Of a DNA stretch of 64,000 nt, positions 25,763 to 34,730 are shown piece after piece; position 1 is the stretch's first letter; every line of letters starts with the position of its first letter. The stretch is taken from NCBI GenBank assembly GCA_040899905.1, contig JBBDZX010000003.1, positions 16,129 through 80,128 on the forward strand, in the 5' to 3' direction. The notes under the pieces are model-generated. The model was not told the origin of the DNA, searched no databases, and worked only from the letters and a program-made list of their open reading frames with translations. The DNA comes from Anaerolineales bacterium (GTDB taxonomy: Bacteria; Chloroflexota; Anaerolineae; Anaerolineales; E44-bin32). The translations under genes and the position numbers were made by a program.

Positions 25763-25835
25763 CCTCCCCCCTCTCCTTACCGGAGGGGGGAGGAAAAGAA
25801 CGAAGCACCTTGCCCCCTTCCCCTTGAGGGGAAGG
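25763..25835. repeat. Two C/G-tract hairpins in the gyrA / acylase divergent region
   Basis: CCTCCCCCCTC / GAGGGGGGAGG (11 bp) and CCTTCCCC TTGA GGGGAAGG (8 bp). Confidence 0.55.
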
Positions 25836-25950
25836 AGGTTGGGGGCTTGGGTCGACTAACCACCCGCCCCTGGCCACTCACCCTGCTGATTGACTCCCCA
25901 CCTCCCCGGTGCTAGAACCTCGCCCCTCCGCCCACCCCAGGAGCCTCCTT

Positions 25951-28419
25951 GTGAAAGCCGGCCCAATCCTTCGCTCGATCCTCCTTGGTCTCATTCTTCT
26001 GTTGATCATCGGCGGGGTCCTGGGTGTCATCACCGTCCGCCGCTCGTTTCCGCAAACCTCCGGCACCCTCACGGTCCCTGGGCTCGAGGCCAAGGTCGAG
26101 GTCTATCGGGACCCGCTCGGCGTCCCGCACATCTACGCCTCGAGCGTCCATGACCTGTTCTTCGCCCAGGGGTTTGTCCATGCCCAGGACCGGTTCTGGC
26201 AAATGGACTTCTGGCGGCATATCGGCTCGGCGCGGCTGTCGGAGCTTTTCGGCGAGAGCCAGCTCGACACCGACCGATTCCTGCGCACCCTCGGCTGGGC
26301 TCGCGTCGCCCGTCAGGAACTCGAACTCACCACCCCGGAGACGATGGCCATCCTCAACGCGTACTCCGAGGGCGTCAACGCGTACCTCGCCGACCATTCG
26401 GGGCCGGACCTTTCTCTCGAATACGTCGTCCTTGGCCTCACCAACCCGGACTACCAGGTCGAGCCCTGGGAGCCGCTGCACACGCTCACATGGGCCAAGG
26501 TGATGGCCTGGGACCTGCGCGGCAACATGGACGAGGAGATCGAACGCGCCCAACTGGCGTCTCAGCTCGGCCTCGATCGCACGCACGAACTCTTCCCGGA
26601 CTACCCGGACGACGGCTCCTATATTCTTCCCGATCCAGCCTTGGGCTCCACGGTCCCCGGCGCCCTATCCCCCATCGCCCTTTCACCCCTGCAAGAGCGG
26701 GTGGCGGCCCTCGATGCACTGACCGGCGGTGGCGATTCAGGGCTCGGGTCGAACAATTGGGTGCTCTCCGCTTCGAAGACTACGACCGGCGCCCCGATTG
26801 TCGCCAACGACCCGCACCTGGGGATACAAATGCCCGGCATCTGGTACCAGGTCGGCCTGCACTGCCGCCCGGTGGTGGACGATTGCCCCTTCAACATCGC
26901 CGGCGTGTCGTTCGCCGGCGTGCCGGGCGTGGTCATCGGACACAACACCGATCTGGCGTGGGGGTTGACCAATACCGGCCCCGACGTAATGGACCTGTAC
27001 ATCGAGCGTGTCAACCCCGACAACGCCAATCAATATGAGGTCAACGGCGAGTGGGTGGAAATGACCAGCGTCGAGGAAACGATCCTCGTCGCCGGCGGCG
27101 AGCCGGTCACTCAAATCGTGCGCTACACCCGCCACGGACCTGTGATTTCCGACACATACGAAGACGCGACCAACCTGGCCTCCGCCACCGCGCTCCAGAT
27201 GCCAGAGCCGTTTGCCATCAGCCTGCGTTGGACCGCCCTCGAACCCGGGCGGCTCGTTCAAAGTGTCGTGGAGTACAACCGGGCGCGGACCGTGGAGGAG
27301 TTTCGCGACGCGCTCCGCAATTTCAACGTCCCTGCACAGAACTTTGTGATCGCCGACCGGGAGGGCAACATTGCGTATCAGATGCCCGGCGACGTGCCGA
27401 TCCGGGCCCACGGCGATGGCTGGTTGCCCGTCCCCGGCTGGAGCAACGATTTCGAATGGACGGGGTATATCCCGTTCGAACAACTGCCCTGGTCCCTCAA
27501 TCCCCCGCAGGGCTACATCGTGACGGCCAATCAGGCCGTCGTCGGTCCGAACTATCCCCACCTGATCACACGCGACTGGGATTACGGCTACCGCGCCCGG
27601 CGCTTGAATGCCATTTTCCTGGGCCAACCCGCTTTCTCGCCACAGGATATCCAGGCGATTCAGACCGATAACCAGAATCCGATGGGGCCGGTCTACGTCT
27701 CCCTGCTGCGAGAACTGACCGTGTCCGATGGCGCCGCGCGCCAGGCTCAGGCACTCGTCACGGCGTGGGACTTCCAGAACGAGGCCAATTCCTCCGGGGC
27801 GGCTGTCTTCAACGCGTTCTTCCGCCATCTGGTGCTGCGGACCCTGGCCGACGAGATCCCAGACCGGCTGCCCGGCGCGGATCGAGCCTTCATCTTCTTC
27901 GAATCGCTCGCCGGCCAGCCGACCAGCCCTTGGTGGGATGACGCCTCGACCCCCGAGATCGAAGACCGGACCGCGATTCTCACGGCCGCGTTCGAAGACG
28001 CGGTCACCGAGGTCACCGGTCTCTTGGGCACGGACCCCTCATCCTGGTCCTGGGGCGGGCTGCATGGGGCGACCTTTCGGAACCAGACCTTCGGCGAATC
28101 CGGAATCGCTCCTATTGAAGCTCTCTTCAATCGCGGCGGCTTCCCGAGCGGCGGGGGCGGATCGATCGTGAATGCGACCAACTGGCGTTTTGGCGAGGGC
28201 TACGCCGTCACTTCCGGACCCTCGATGCGGATGATCCAGGATCTGTCGGACTGGGACCGGTCCTTCCTCATCCACACCACCGGCGAATCGGGCCACGCCT
28301 TCCATCCCCATTACATCGACATGGCTCCCACCTGGAGCCATGAGGGCTACGCGCCCTTCTTGTGGAGCGACGATGCCGTCCAGAGCGCAGCCGTGGACCA
28401 CCTGACCCTCGAGCCGTAG
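25951..28419 (+). CDS. Penicillin-acylase-family Ntn hydrolase (possible acyl-homoserine-lactone or beta-lactam acylase)
   Basis: N-terminal TM anchor. The GSNNWVLSASKTTTGAPIVANDPHL motif carries the autoprocessing / nucleophile Ser. GTG at 25951 follows AGGAG. The track start is GTG at 25909. Confidence 0.85.
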   Translation: MKAGPILRSILLGLILLLIIGGVLGVITVRRSFPQTSGTLTVPGLEAKVEVYRDPLGVPHIYASSVHDLFFAQGFVHAQDRFWQMDFWRHIGSARLSELFGESQLDTDRFLRTLGWARVARQELELTTPETMAILNAYSEGVNAYLADHSGPDLSLEYVVLGLTNPDYQVEPWEPLHTLTWAKVMAWDLRGNMDEEIERAQLASQLGLDRTHELFPDYPDDGSYILPDPALGSTVPGALSPIALSPLQERVAALDALTGGGDSGLGSNNWVLSASKTTTGAPIVANDPHLGIQMPGIWYQVGLHCRPVVDDCPFNIAGVSFAGVPGVVIGHNTDLAWGLTNTGPDVMDLYIERVNPDNANQYEVNGEWVEMTSVEETILVAGGEPVTQIVRYTRHGPVISDTYEDATNLASATALQMPEPFAISLRWTALEPGRLVQSVVEYNRARTVEEFRDALRNFNVPAQNFVIADREGNIAYQMPGDVPIRAHGDGWLPVPGWSNDFEWTGYIPFEQLPWSLNPPQGYIVTANQAVVGPNYPHLITRDWDYGYRARRLNAIFLGQPAFSPQDIQAIQTDNQNPMGPVYVSLLRELTVSDGAARQAQALVTAWDFQNEANSSGAAVFNAFFRHLVLRTLADEIPDRLPGADRAFIFFESLAGQPTSPWWDDASTPEIEDRTAILTAAFEDAVTEVTGLLGTDPSSWSWGGLHGATFRNQTFGESGIAPIEALFNRGGFPSGGGGSIVNATNWRFGEGYAVTSGPSMRMIQDLSDWDRSFLIHTTGESGHAFHPHYIDMAPTWSHEGYAPFLWSDDAVQSAAVDHLTLEP

Positions 28420-28421
28420 GA

Positions 28422-28484
28422 GCAGTGGCGAGTGGCCAGTGGTCAGTGGATAGTGGATAATGGATAATGGATAATGGTTGGTGA
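28422..28484 (+). repeat. Heptanucleotide tandem array, 9 units (GCAGTGG CGAGTGG CCAGTGG TCAGTGG ATAGTGG ATAATGG x3 TTGGTGA)
   Basis: Begins 3 nt after the TAG stop at 28417-28419. There is a clear gradient from NNAGTGG to ATAATGG. Confidence 0.85.
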
Positions 28485-28547
28485 TTCCGGGAGCCGGAAT
28501 CCCGGCGGTCGGAAGCGGATAACGGGACGAAGCGCAAGAGGGAGTAG

Positions 28548-28571
28548 GGGCGAGGCTTGCCTCGCCCTTTG
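28548..28571 (+). terminator. Probable intrinsic terminator
   Basis: GGGCGAGG CTTG CCTCGCCC followed by TTTG. Confidence 0.55.
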
Positions 28572-28597
28572 AACGGTGCGACAAGGGGTCCTTAATC

Positions 28598-28634
28598 GTA
28601 GCGGCGGGTCGGTCGCAGACCGGCCCGCCGCTAC
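28598..28634. repeat. 17-bp near-perfect hairpin (one G-U pair) between convergent genes
   Basis: GTAGCGGCGGGTCGGTC GCA GACCGGCCCGCCGCTAC. No U-tract on either side. Confidence 0.5.
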
Positions 28635-28667
28635 ATATCCATCAATGAAAAGGCAACCGGACGACCC

Positions 28668-28874
28668 CTAAATCCAGACCCTCCCCGTCACCACCAGGCA
28701 GAGAATCCCGACCATGGTGACCGACCCGAGGAGCAAGATCGACAGAATGAAGCGCTGCCCTGTGGTCAGGCCGAACAGGCGCGGGCCTCCGGGCGGGCCG
28801 GAGTCATAGGTCGCTTCGTACGCCGGATCAAACTCCGCCGGTTGGTCCGACAGATCTCTCAGATTATCGAACAT
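28668..28874 (-). CDS. Small membrane-anchored protein (68 aa)
   Basis: Strong Shine-Dalgarno sequence GGAGGTGAGG before the ATG. C-terminal TM FILSILLLGSVTMVGILCLVV. Confidence 0.65.
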   Translation of the reverse strand: MFDNLRDLSDQPAEFDPAYEATYDSGPPGGPRLFGLTTGQRFILSILLLGSVTMVGILCLVVTGRVWI

Positions 28875-28918
28875 ACCTCACCTCCTGCAGGAGGGAACGC
28901 ACTCCCTCCAAGTGTACC

Positions 28919-29713
28919 TTACGATGCAGCCGCATCCATTCGCCGGATCGTTGCCGCGCCGGACCCGACGCGAAAGGATTCGCCCGCTTCGGTCTCCAGG
29001 ATCAGCCGTCCGTCCCATTCAAGGCCAACCACTTTTCCGCGTACGTCCCCGCCAACGTCCTGCACCGTCACCCACTCACCGCGATAGGCGAGCCGCGACT
29101 CTGCCGCCCGTCTCCAGTCATCGCTGGCCGTCTTGGGAGCCCACACCGAGAGCTCACCGACGATACGCGCCAGGAGCTCCTCGCGGTCGACGGGCCGGCC
29201 GAGGACCTGCTCGAGGCAGGTGGCGGGGAATAACGTGTCCGCATCCGGCGGTACCGACTCGGGTCGAATGTTCACCCCGATCCCGAGGATGAGATATTCG
29301 ATCACGTCCCCCTTCCACACCGCTTCGGCAAGGACTCCGCTCACTTTTCGACCCCCCAATAAGACATCATTCGGCCACTTGACGGCCGCTTCCACACCCA
29401 GGCCGCGCAGCGCCTCGACCACGGCCAGCGCACCGACCGTGTTCCACGCCGCAGGAGGGACATCTCGAAGGACGGCGGGGCGCAGAACCAGGCTCACCGC
29501 GAGCGCGCCGCCGGCGGGCGTGAACCACTGCCGGCCGCGCCGCCCCCGCCCCGAGGTCTGCTCGTCCGCCACCACGAGGGTGCCGTGCGGCGCGCCCCGC
29601 CGTGCCAACTCGGCCGCGTGATCGTTCGTCGAACCCACAGTTTGCAGAACATGTAACGGCACGCCCAAGCCTCCGATCGGCAGGGCTGCCCGGATACGGC
29701 TTTCGTCGAGCAT
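28919..29713 (-). CDS. birA: Biotin--[acetyl-CoA-carboxylase] ligase
   Basis: GSTND...ADEQTSGRGRRGRQW biotin-ligase signature. ATG at 29713 (MLDESRI). The longer track ORF overlaps the divergent HIT gene. Confidence 0.85.
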   Translation of the reverse strand: MLDESRIRAALPIGGLGVPLHVLQTVGSTNDHAAELARRGAPHGTLVVADEQTSGRGRRGRQWFTPAGGALAVSLVLRPAVLRDVPPAAWNTVGALAVVEALRGLGVEAAVKWPNDVLLGGRKVSGVLAEAVWKGDVIEYLILGIGVNIRPESVPPDADTLFPATCLEQVLGRPVDREELLARIVGELSVWAPKTASDDWRRAAESRLAYRGEWVTVQDVGGDVRGKVVGLEWDGRLILETEAGESFRVGSGAATIRRMDAAAS

Positions 29714-29791
29714 GCCTGCGATTCTAACGAGGTGCAGGAAGCGTGCCAGTCGGCCGGCCCCGGTTCTCTGATACAATCGCCCGCCGAGAGG

Positions 29792-30310
29792 ATGAAGCAC
29801 CTCTGGACTCCGTGGCGTATGGAATACCTGCAAAACCCTTCGGAGCAAGAGGGCTGCCTCTTCTGCAGGCTGCCCTCCCAGACGGATGATCCGAGTAGCC
29901 TCATCGTCCATCGATCCGTACACGCCTTCGTCGTCCTGAACCGGTATCCCTACACCAATGGCCATGTGATGATCGTGCCTTTCGCCCACGAGGCCTCATT
30001 GGAAGGGCTTGACTCGCCGATGCTCCAGGATCTCATTCTGCTCATGCAGCGCGCCCTCTCGATCCTTCGCTCGGAGTACAAGGCGGATGCCTTCAACCTC
30101 GGGGCCAACATCGGGGAGGCGGCCGGCGCCGGAATCGCGGGCCACGTCCACTTGCATGTCCTGCCGCGTTGGTCCGGCGATACGAATTTCATGGCGACGA
30201 CCGCCGAGACGCGCGTGCTTCCCGAGACCCTGGACCAGACCTACGAGCGCCTGACCCGGGCATGGCGTTCGCCGATAACGAACGCCGCCGCACGCACGGC
30301 GAGGTCATGA
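29792..30310 (+). CDS. HIT-family nucleotide hydrolase/transferase
   Basis: Histidine triad GHVHLHVLPRW. ATG at 29792 preceded by GAGAGG. Confidence 0.8.
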   Translation: MKHLWTPWRMEYLQNPSEQEGCLFCRLPSQTDDPSSLIVHRSVHAFVVLNRYPYTNGHVMIVPFAHEASLEGLDSPMLQDLILLMQRALSILRSEYKADAFNLGANIGEAAGAGIAGHVHLHVLPRWSGDTNFMATTAETRVLPETLDQTYERLTRAWRSPITNAAARTARS

Positions 30311-31518
30311 TGGGCAAGGCGAAATCGCCGCTGGATGCGGTCATCCTCAGCGCGGTCCGCACCCCGATGGGAAAATTCCAAGGTGCGCTCAGCCCCCTGC
30401 CCGCCCCGCGCCTTGGGGCGGCGGTCGTCCGGGAAGCCGTGCTCCGCGCAGGCGTTCACACCGGGCAGCCGGTCGACGAGGTCCTCATGGGCAACGTCGT
30501 ATCGGCCGGAGTCGGTCAGGCTCCAGCCCGGCAGGCGGCGCTGTTCGCGGGCCTGCCTCCCCTCACCGGCGCGACCACGATCAACAAGGTGTGTGGATCG
30601 GGGCTCAAGGCGGTCATGCTCGCGGCACAGGCGATCAAGGCAGGTGACGGGGACCTGTTCGTCGCCGGAGGGATGGAGAGTCTGAGCAACACGCCGCACT
30701 TGATCCGGGGTCGGCGCGGACTGGCCTATGGCCATCAGCCACTGACCGACGCTCTGGTGTACGACGGCCTTTGGGATCCGTTTGAAGAATGGAACATGGG
30801 CATGGCGGCCGAATCCATTGCCGACGAATATGAGGTCACCCGTGAGGCGATGGACCGTTGGGCGCTGAGCAGTCACGAGAAGGCGCTCGCCGCATCGGAG
30901 AGCGGGGCCTTCGATGAGGAAATCGTGCCCCTAGAAATCACGCCGCCGCGCGGCAACCCGGTCGTCATCCGCCGCGACGAGACGCCTCGTCAAGATACCA
31001 GCTTGGAAAAGCTCGCTGCACTTCCTCCCGTGTTTCGGGAGGACGGACGCGTGACGGCGGGGAACTCGCCCGGGCTGAACGACGGTGCGTCGGCCCTTGT
31101 CGTCGCCAGCCGGGAGCGCGCCGAAGCCTTGGGGTCCGGGCCGCTGGCCCGCATCGTGGGCTACGCAGGTGCGGCAGTCCCGCCCAAGGAGCTCTTCATC
31201 GCCCCCGCGGTCGCGATTCCAAAACTGCTGCAAAAGATCGGCTGGACGTTGGCCGACGTGGATTTGATTGAGCTGAACGAAGCCTTTGCCGCACAGGTGC
31301 TGGCCGACGGGTATGCCCTGGCGGACGCAGGTTGGGACTGGGAGAAGATCAACGTTCGCGGAGGCGCTATCGCCCTCGGCCACCCTCTCGGCGCGACCGG
31401 GGCGCGGATTCTGACCACGCTGGTCCACGCGTTGCGCTCGCGCGGCGTCTCGCGCGGCCTTGCCTGCTTGTGCCTGGGCGGGGGCGAGGCGGTGGCGCTC
31501 GCGGTCGAGGTGGAATAG
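30307..31518 (+). CDS. Acetyl-CoA C-acetyltransferase (thiolase II)
   Basis: [25 protein letters not shown] (active-site Cys), [10 protein letters not shown], and C-terminal [14 protein letters not shown] overlap with the HIT stop. Confidence 0.9.
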   Translation: MMGKAKSPLDAVILSAVRTPMGKFQGALSPLPAPRLGAAVVREAVLRAGVHTGQPVDEVLMGNVVSAGVGQAPARQAALFAGLPPLTGATTINKVCGSGLKAVMLAAQAIKAGDGDLFVAGGMESLSNTPHLIRGRRGLAYGHQPLTDALVYDGLWDPFEEWNMGMAAESIADEYEVTREAMDRWALSSHEKALAASESGAFDEEIVPLEITPPRGNPVVIRRDETPRQDTSLEKLAALPPVFREDGRVTAGNSPGLNDGASALVVASRERAEALGSGPLARIVGYAGAAVPPKELFIAPAVAIPKLLQKIGWTLADVDLIELNEAFAAQVLADGYALADAGWDWEKINVRGGAIALGHPLGATGARILTTLVHALRSRGVSRGLACLCLGGGEAVALAVEVE

Positions 31519-31525
31519 CGAGGCG

Positions 31526-32389
31526 GTGACCCCGGTGGACGCGGTGAAGCGGATTGTGGTCATCGGTGCCGGCACCATGGGCAACGGAATCGCCCAGACC
31601 GCGGCGATCTCGGGCTTCCAGGTCACCATGACGGATGTTTTTCCGGAGGCTCTGGCGCGCGGCGAAGAAACGGTTCGCCGCTCGATCGAGAAGCTGGCGG
31701 AAAAGGGCAGGATCACGCCCGCCCAGCACGCGGCAGCCCTGGAACTGGGGACGTCGCTCGATCTCGATTCCGTCGCCGGGGCCGACCTGGTCATCGAGGC
31801 CGCGACCGAGGATCCGGAAGTTAAACTCAATCTATTCGCAAACCTCGACCGCCTGGCGCCTCAAGGCGCGGTCCTGGCGAGCAATACGTCCTCCATCTCG
31901 ATCACACGAATCGGCGGCGCCACCCGGCGTCCTGAGAAGGTGGTGGGGATGCACTTCTTCAACCCGGTGCCACTGATGACCCTGCTGGAGGTTGTGCGCG
32001 GTCTGGCGACCTCGCAGGCCACAGTCGACCTGGCCTCGGACGTGGGCCGGCGGATGGGCAAGACTCCGGTGGAGGTCAAGGATTCACCGGGGTTCATTTC
32101 GAATCGCATCCTCTGTCCGATGATCAATGAGGCCATCTACGCCCTCGAGGAGGGCGTCGGCTCGGCCGAAGCGATCGACACGGTGATGAAACTGGGGATG
32201 CGCCACCCGATGGGGCCGCTCGAGCTGGCGGACCTGATCGGGCTGGATGTCGTGTTGTGGGTTATGCAGGTCCTGCACCACGATTTGGGAGAGGACAAAT
32301 ACCGTCCGGCCCCACTCTTGCGCCGCATGGTCGACGCTGGCCGTCTCGGCCGCAAGACCGGGGCCGGCTTCTACGAATATCCCGGCTGA
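31526..32389 (+). CDS. hbd: 3-hydroxybutyryl-CoA dehydrogenase
   Basis: [14 protein letters not shown] Rossmann motif, [19 protein letters not shown], and PGFISNRIL. Start is uncertain among the GTGs at 31526, 31535 and 31544. Confidence 0.88.
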   Translation: MTPVDAVKRIVVIGAGTMGNGIAQTAAISGFQVTMTDVFPEALARGEETVRRSIEKLAEKGRITPAQHAAALELGTSLDLDSVAGADLVIEAATEDPEVKLNLFANLDRLAPQGAVLASNTSSISITRIGGATRRPEKVVGMHFFNPVPLMTLLEVVRGLATSQATVDLASDVGRRMGKTPVEVKDSPGFISNRILCPMINEAIYALEEGVGSAEAIDTVMKLGMRHPMGPLELADLIGLDVVLWVMQVLHHDLGEDKYRPAPLLRRMVDAGRLGRKTGAGFYEYPG

Positions 32390-32426
32390 CGCCGGGCCGG
32401 CACGTATTTCGGTCCAGGAGAATCGG

Positions 32427-33758
32427 ATGCCACCCTCGAAGCTCGTGATCGTCGCGCTCACCCTCGCCGGCGCGGGGTTGGCCTGCGCGCTCCCCGGTGC
32501 TGGTGACATTGGAAATGTCGGCACGTCGGTGGCGGCGACGCTGACCGCGGTCGTCTCGGGCGGCACGCTCGCGGTGCCGGAGATCGTCGCCAGCGTCACG
32601 CCGGAGCCCCCCACCCCGACCGTCGCGCCTCCCTTCTTGCGAATTGTGTACATCGATGGAGGCAACGTCATGCTGATCGAGGAGGGCGCCGCGCCCGTCC
32701 CCCTCACAGCGGGTGGCGATGCGGAAACCGTACGCATCGCCAGCGATGGGATGAAGATCGTATATACACGCCGCCTGGCTCCAGGGACGGCGGTGGAAAT
32801 GCACAGCCTCAATGTAGATGGAACCGGCGACCTGGCGATCCTCACGCCGGCGGCACTGGGCGGCCTCTATCCGCTCCCGAGCGGGACCGTCGCCATCGAC
32901 GTCTCCTCGTTTGCGTGGATTCCCGGGACCCACACCGTGGCCTTCAACACGTTGGCCATCCCGGAGTTCCTCGGGCTTTTCAAATTCGACGATCTGCTGA
33001 CCGTGAACGCCGACACGGGCGCGATCTCGACCCTGCTTGCCCCCGGCCTGGGCGGAGACTTCTCCGTCTCGCCGGACGGAGCCCAGATCGCGTTCTCGCA
33101 GCCTGACCACATTTCGCTCCTCAACAGCGATGGAACGAATCTCCGGCCCAGCCTGGTCGCCTACGATCCGGTGATCACCTACAGCGAGTATCAGTACTAC
33201 GCGGTGCCGGTGTGGGACACGCTCTCGACGGCGGCGGGCGTGGCGATCCCTTCCGCTGACCCGCTGGCTCCTGCGACCAGTGGAGGCATTTGGAGAATCC
33301 CCGCCGATGGGTCCCCGGCGGTCCATGTGACGGACATTGCCGGCGACTTCTTCTTCACCCAATTTGAGGCTTCGGCCCTATCGCCGCACCTCACGGATGT
33401 GGGTTTCACGCGCAACACGGCCACGCCCAATATCCGTGATCTGATCCTGGCCCACGCCGATGGCAGCGCGGAGACTCCTTATGTGACCGGTTCGATCACG
33501 TGGCTCGGTTGGGCCCCCTTCAGCAGTCAGTTCACGTTCTCGTTCGGCACTCCCACCGATATCCGGCTCGGCACGCTGGGGGGAGGGCCGGTCCCGTTGG
33601 CGACGGGCATGGACCTACGCTGGATCAACGCCACCGAGTTCCTCTTCCTGAGCGGAAGTTTTGGGTCATGGACGCTGAACCGCGGCGAGATCGGCGCGGC
33701 CGCGATCCCCCTGGACAGCCCGGCTGGAGACTTCGTCGCGTTCGATTTTGATACGTAA
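32427..33758 (+). CDS. Exported TolB-like / PD40 beta-propeller repeat protein
   Basis: ATG after AGGAG. Signal or lipobox-like LAGAGLAC. Repeated SPDG..IAF / DG..IVY propeller-type motifs. Confidence 0.65.
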   Translation: MPPSKLVIVALTLAGAGLACALPGAGDIGNVGTSVAATLTAVVSGGTLAVPEIVASVTPEPPTPTVAPPFLRIVYIDGGNVMLIEEGAAPVPLTAGGDAETVRIASDGMKIVYTRRLAPGTAVEMHSLNVDGTGDLAILTPAALGGLYPLPSGTVAIDVSSFAWIPGTHTVAFNTLAIPEFLGLFKFDDLLTVNADTGAISTLLAPGLGGDFSVSPDGAQIAFSQPDHISLLNSDGTNLRPSLVAYDPVITYSEYQYYAVPVWDTLSTAAGVAIPSADPLAPATSGGIWRIPADGSPAVHVTDIAGDFFFTQFEASALSPHLTDVGFTRNTATPNIRDLILAHADGSAETPYVTGSITWLGWAPFSSQFTFSFGTPTDIRLGTLGGGPVPLATGMDLRWINATEFLFLSGSFGSWTLNRGEIGAAAIPLDSPAGDFVAFDFDT

Positions 33759-33901
33759 CCGATGGCCTATCGGACACCCATCCTGAGCGGGTCGCCGCAA
33801 GAGACTGCCGTCCTCGTTGCCTAGGGGGGCCTTCTGAGGTATCGTCCTACGGATTGCATGCGCCGGTGACGCCACCTTCACCGTCTTCAGGAGGAACTCT
33901 C

Positions 33902-34192
33902 ATGCCCGTCCTCTTTCCGACCTGGTTGATCTTGGCGGCTGTCTTCTTCTATCTCGCGTATTCTTCCTACCGTGCGGGCCAGCAAAGCCCACGCCGGTTC
34001 CGGCTCCGGGGCAAGGGAAAGGGAGGCAATGCGGAACTGCGAGAGTTCGCCGAGGATTTCAACCACTATCTGGACGCGCTTTCCGCCCAGCTCAAGAGCC
34101 AGAGTCAGGTCGCGGCGTTGGGATACTTCCTGGTGGGGGTCCTCTCGCTGATTTCCAGCGTCACCATCATCCAAGCCCTTCTGCCTCGCTAG
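33902..34192 (+). CDS. Hypothetical membrane protein (96 aa)
   Basis: ATG preceded by AGGAGG. N- and C-terminal hydrophobic helices. Confidence 0.55.
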   Translation: MPVLFPTWLILAAVFFYLAYSSYRAGQQSPRRFRLRGKGKGGNAELREFAEDFNHYLDALSAQLKSQSQVAALGYFLVGVLSLISSVTIIQALLPR

Positions 34193-34237
34193 AGAGGGCG
34201 CTCGACGCCTTACCGTGTTTGTGAAGGTTGTCACAAG

Positions 34238-34717
34238 TCATCCCGACCAGCGCATGACCGTGAGCGTCTGCGACGCGCCCGCGAGCATCCCCACCACGCC
34301 GGCGATTCTTCGCAGGCGCCGGTAGTATTTCGGCTGCGGGTCGTCGGGCTCCACAGTCCGGAATCCGAAGCTGGCGTAATAAGGGGCCAGTCCGGAGAGG
34401 CAGGTCAGCCAGAGCGGCGGACCGGCCTCTTCTTTCAATCGCCGAATGAGCGCTCCGGCGACACCGCGGCGCCGCCATCCGGTTTCGACAACGAGCGAAG
34501 CGAGCTCGCGCGTCCCCTCACTCACTGTTTTCACTTGACCGCAACCGATCACGGAACCCCCTCCATCCACCGCGAGCGTGAAGTGGCGCCAGTTCAACGA
34601 CATGGGATTCAAACGTTCCCGGCGCACCATGGCGCGGATCCGAGGCGCGTCCCGCTCCTCGGCCGGTCTTAAGACGAACTCTTGGTTGGGGGTCACGAAG
34701 CGCGAAGGGCCGGCCAT
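34238..34717 (-). CDS. GNAT-family N-acetyltransferase
   Basis: Acetyl-CoA-binding motif VVETGWRRRGVAGALIRRL. Confidence 0.8.
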   Translation of the reverse strand: MAGPSRFVTPNQEFVLRPAEERDAPRIRAMVRRERLNPMSLNWRHFTLAVDGGGSVIGCGQVKTVSEGTRELASLVVETGWRRRGVAGALIRRLKEEAGPPLWLTCLSGLAPYYASFGFRTVEPDDPQPKYYRRLRRIAGVVGMLAGASQTLTVMRWSG

Positions 34718-34730
34718 GCCGACACATCTC

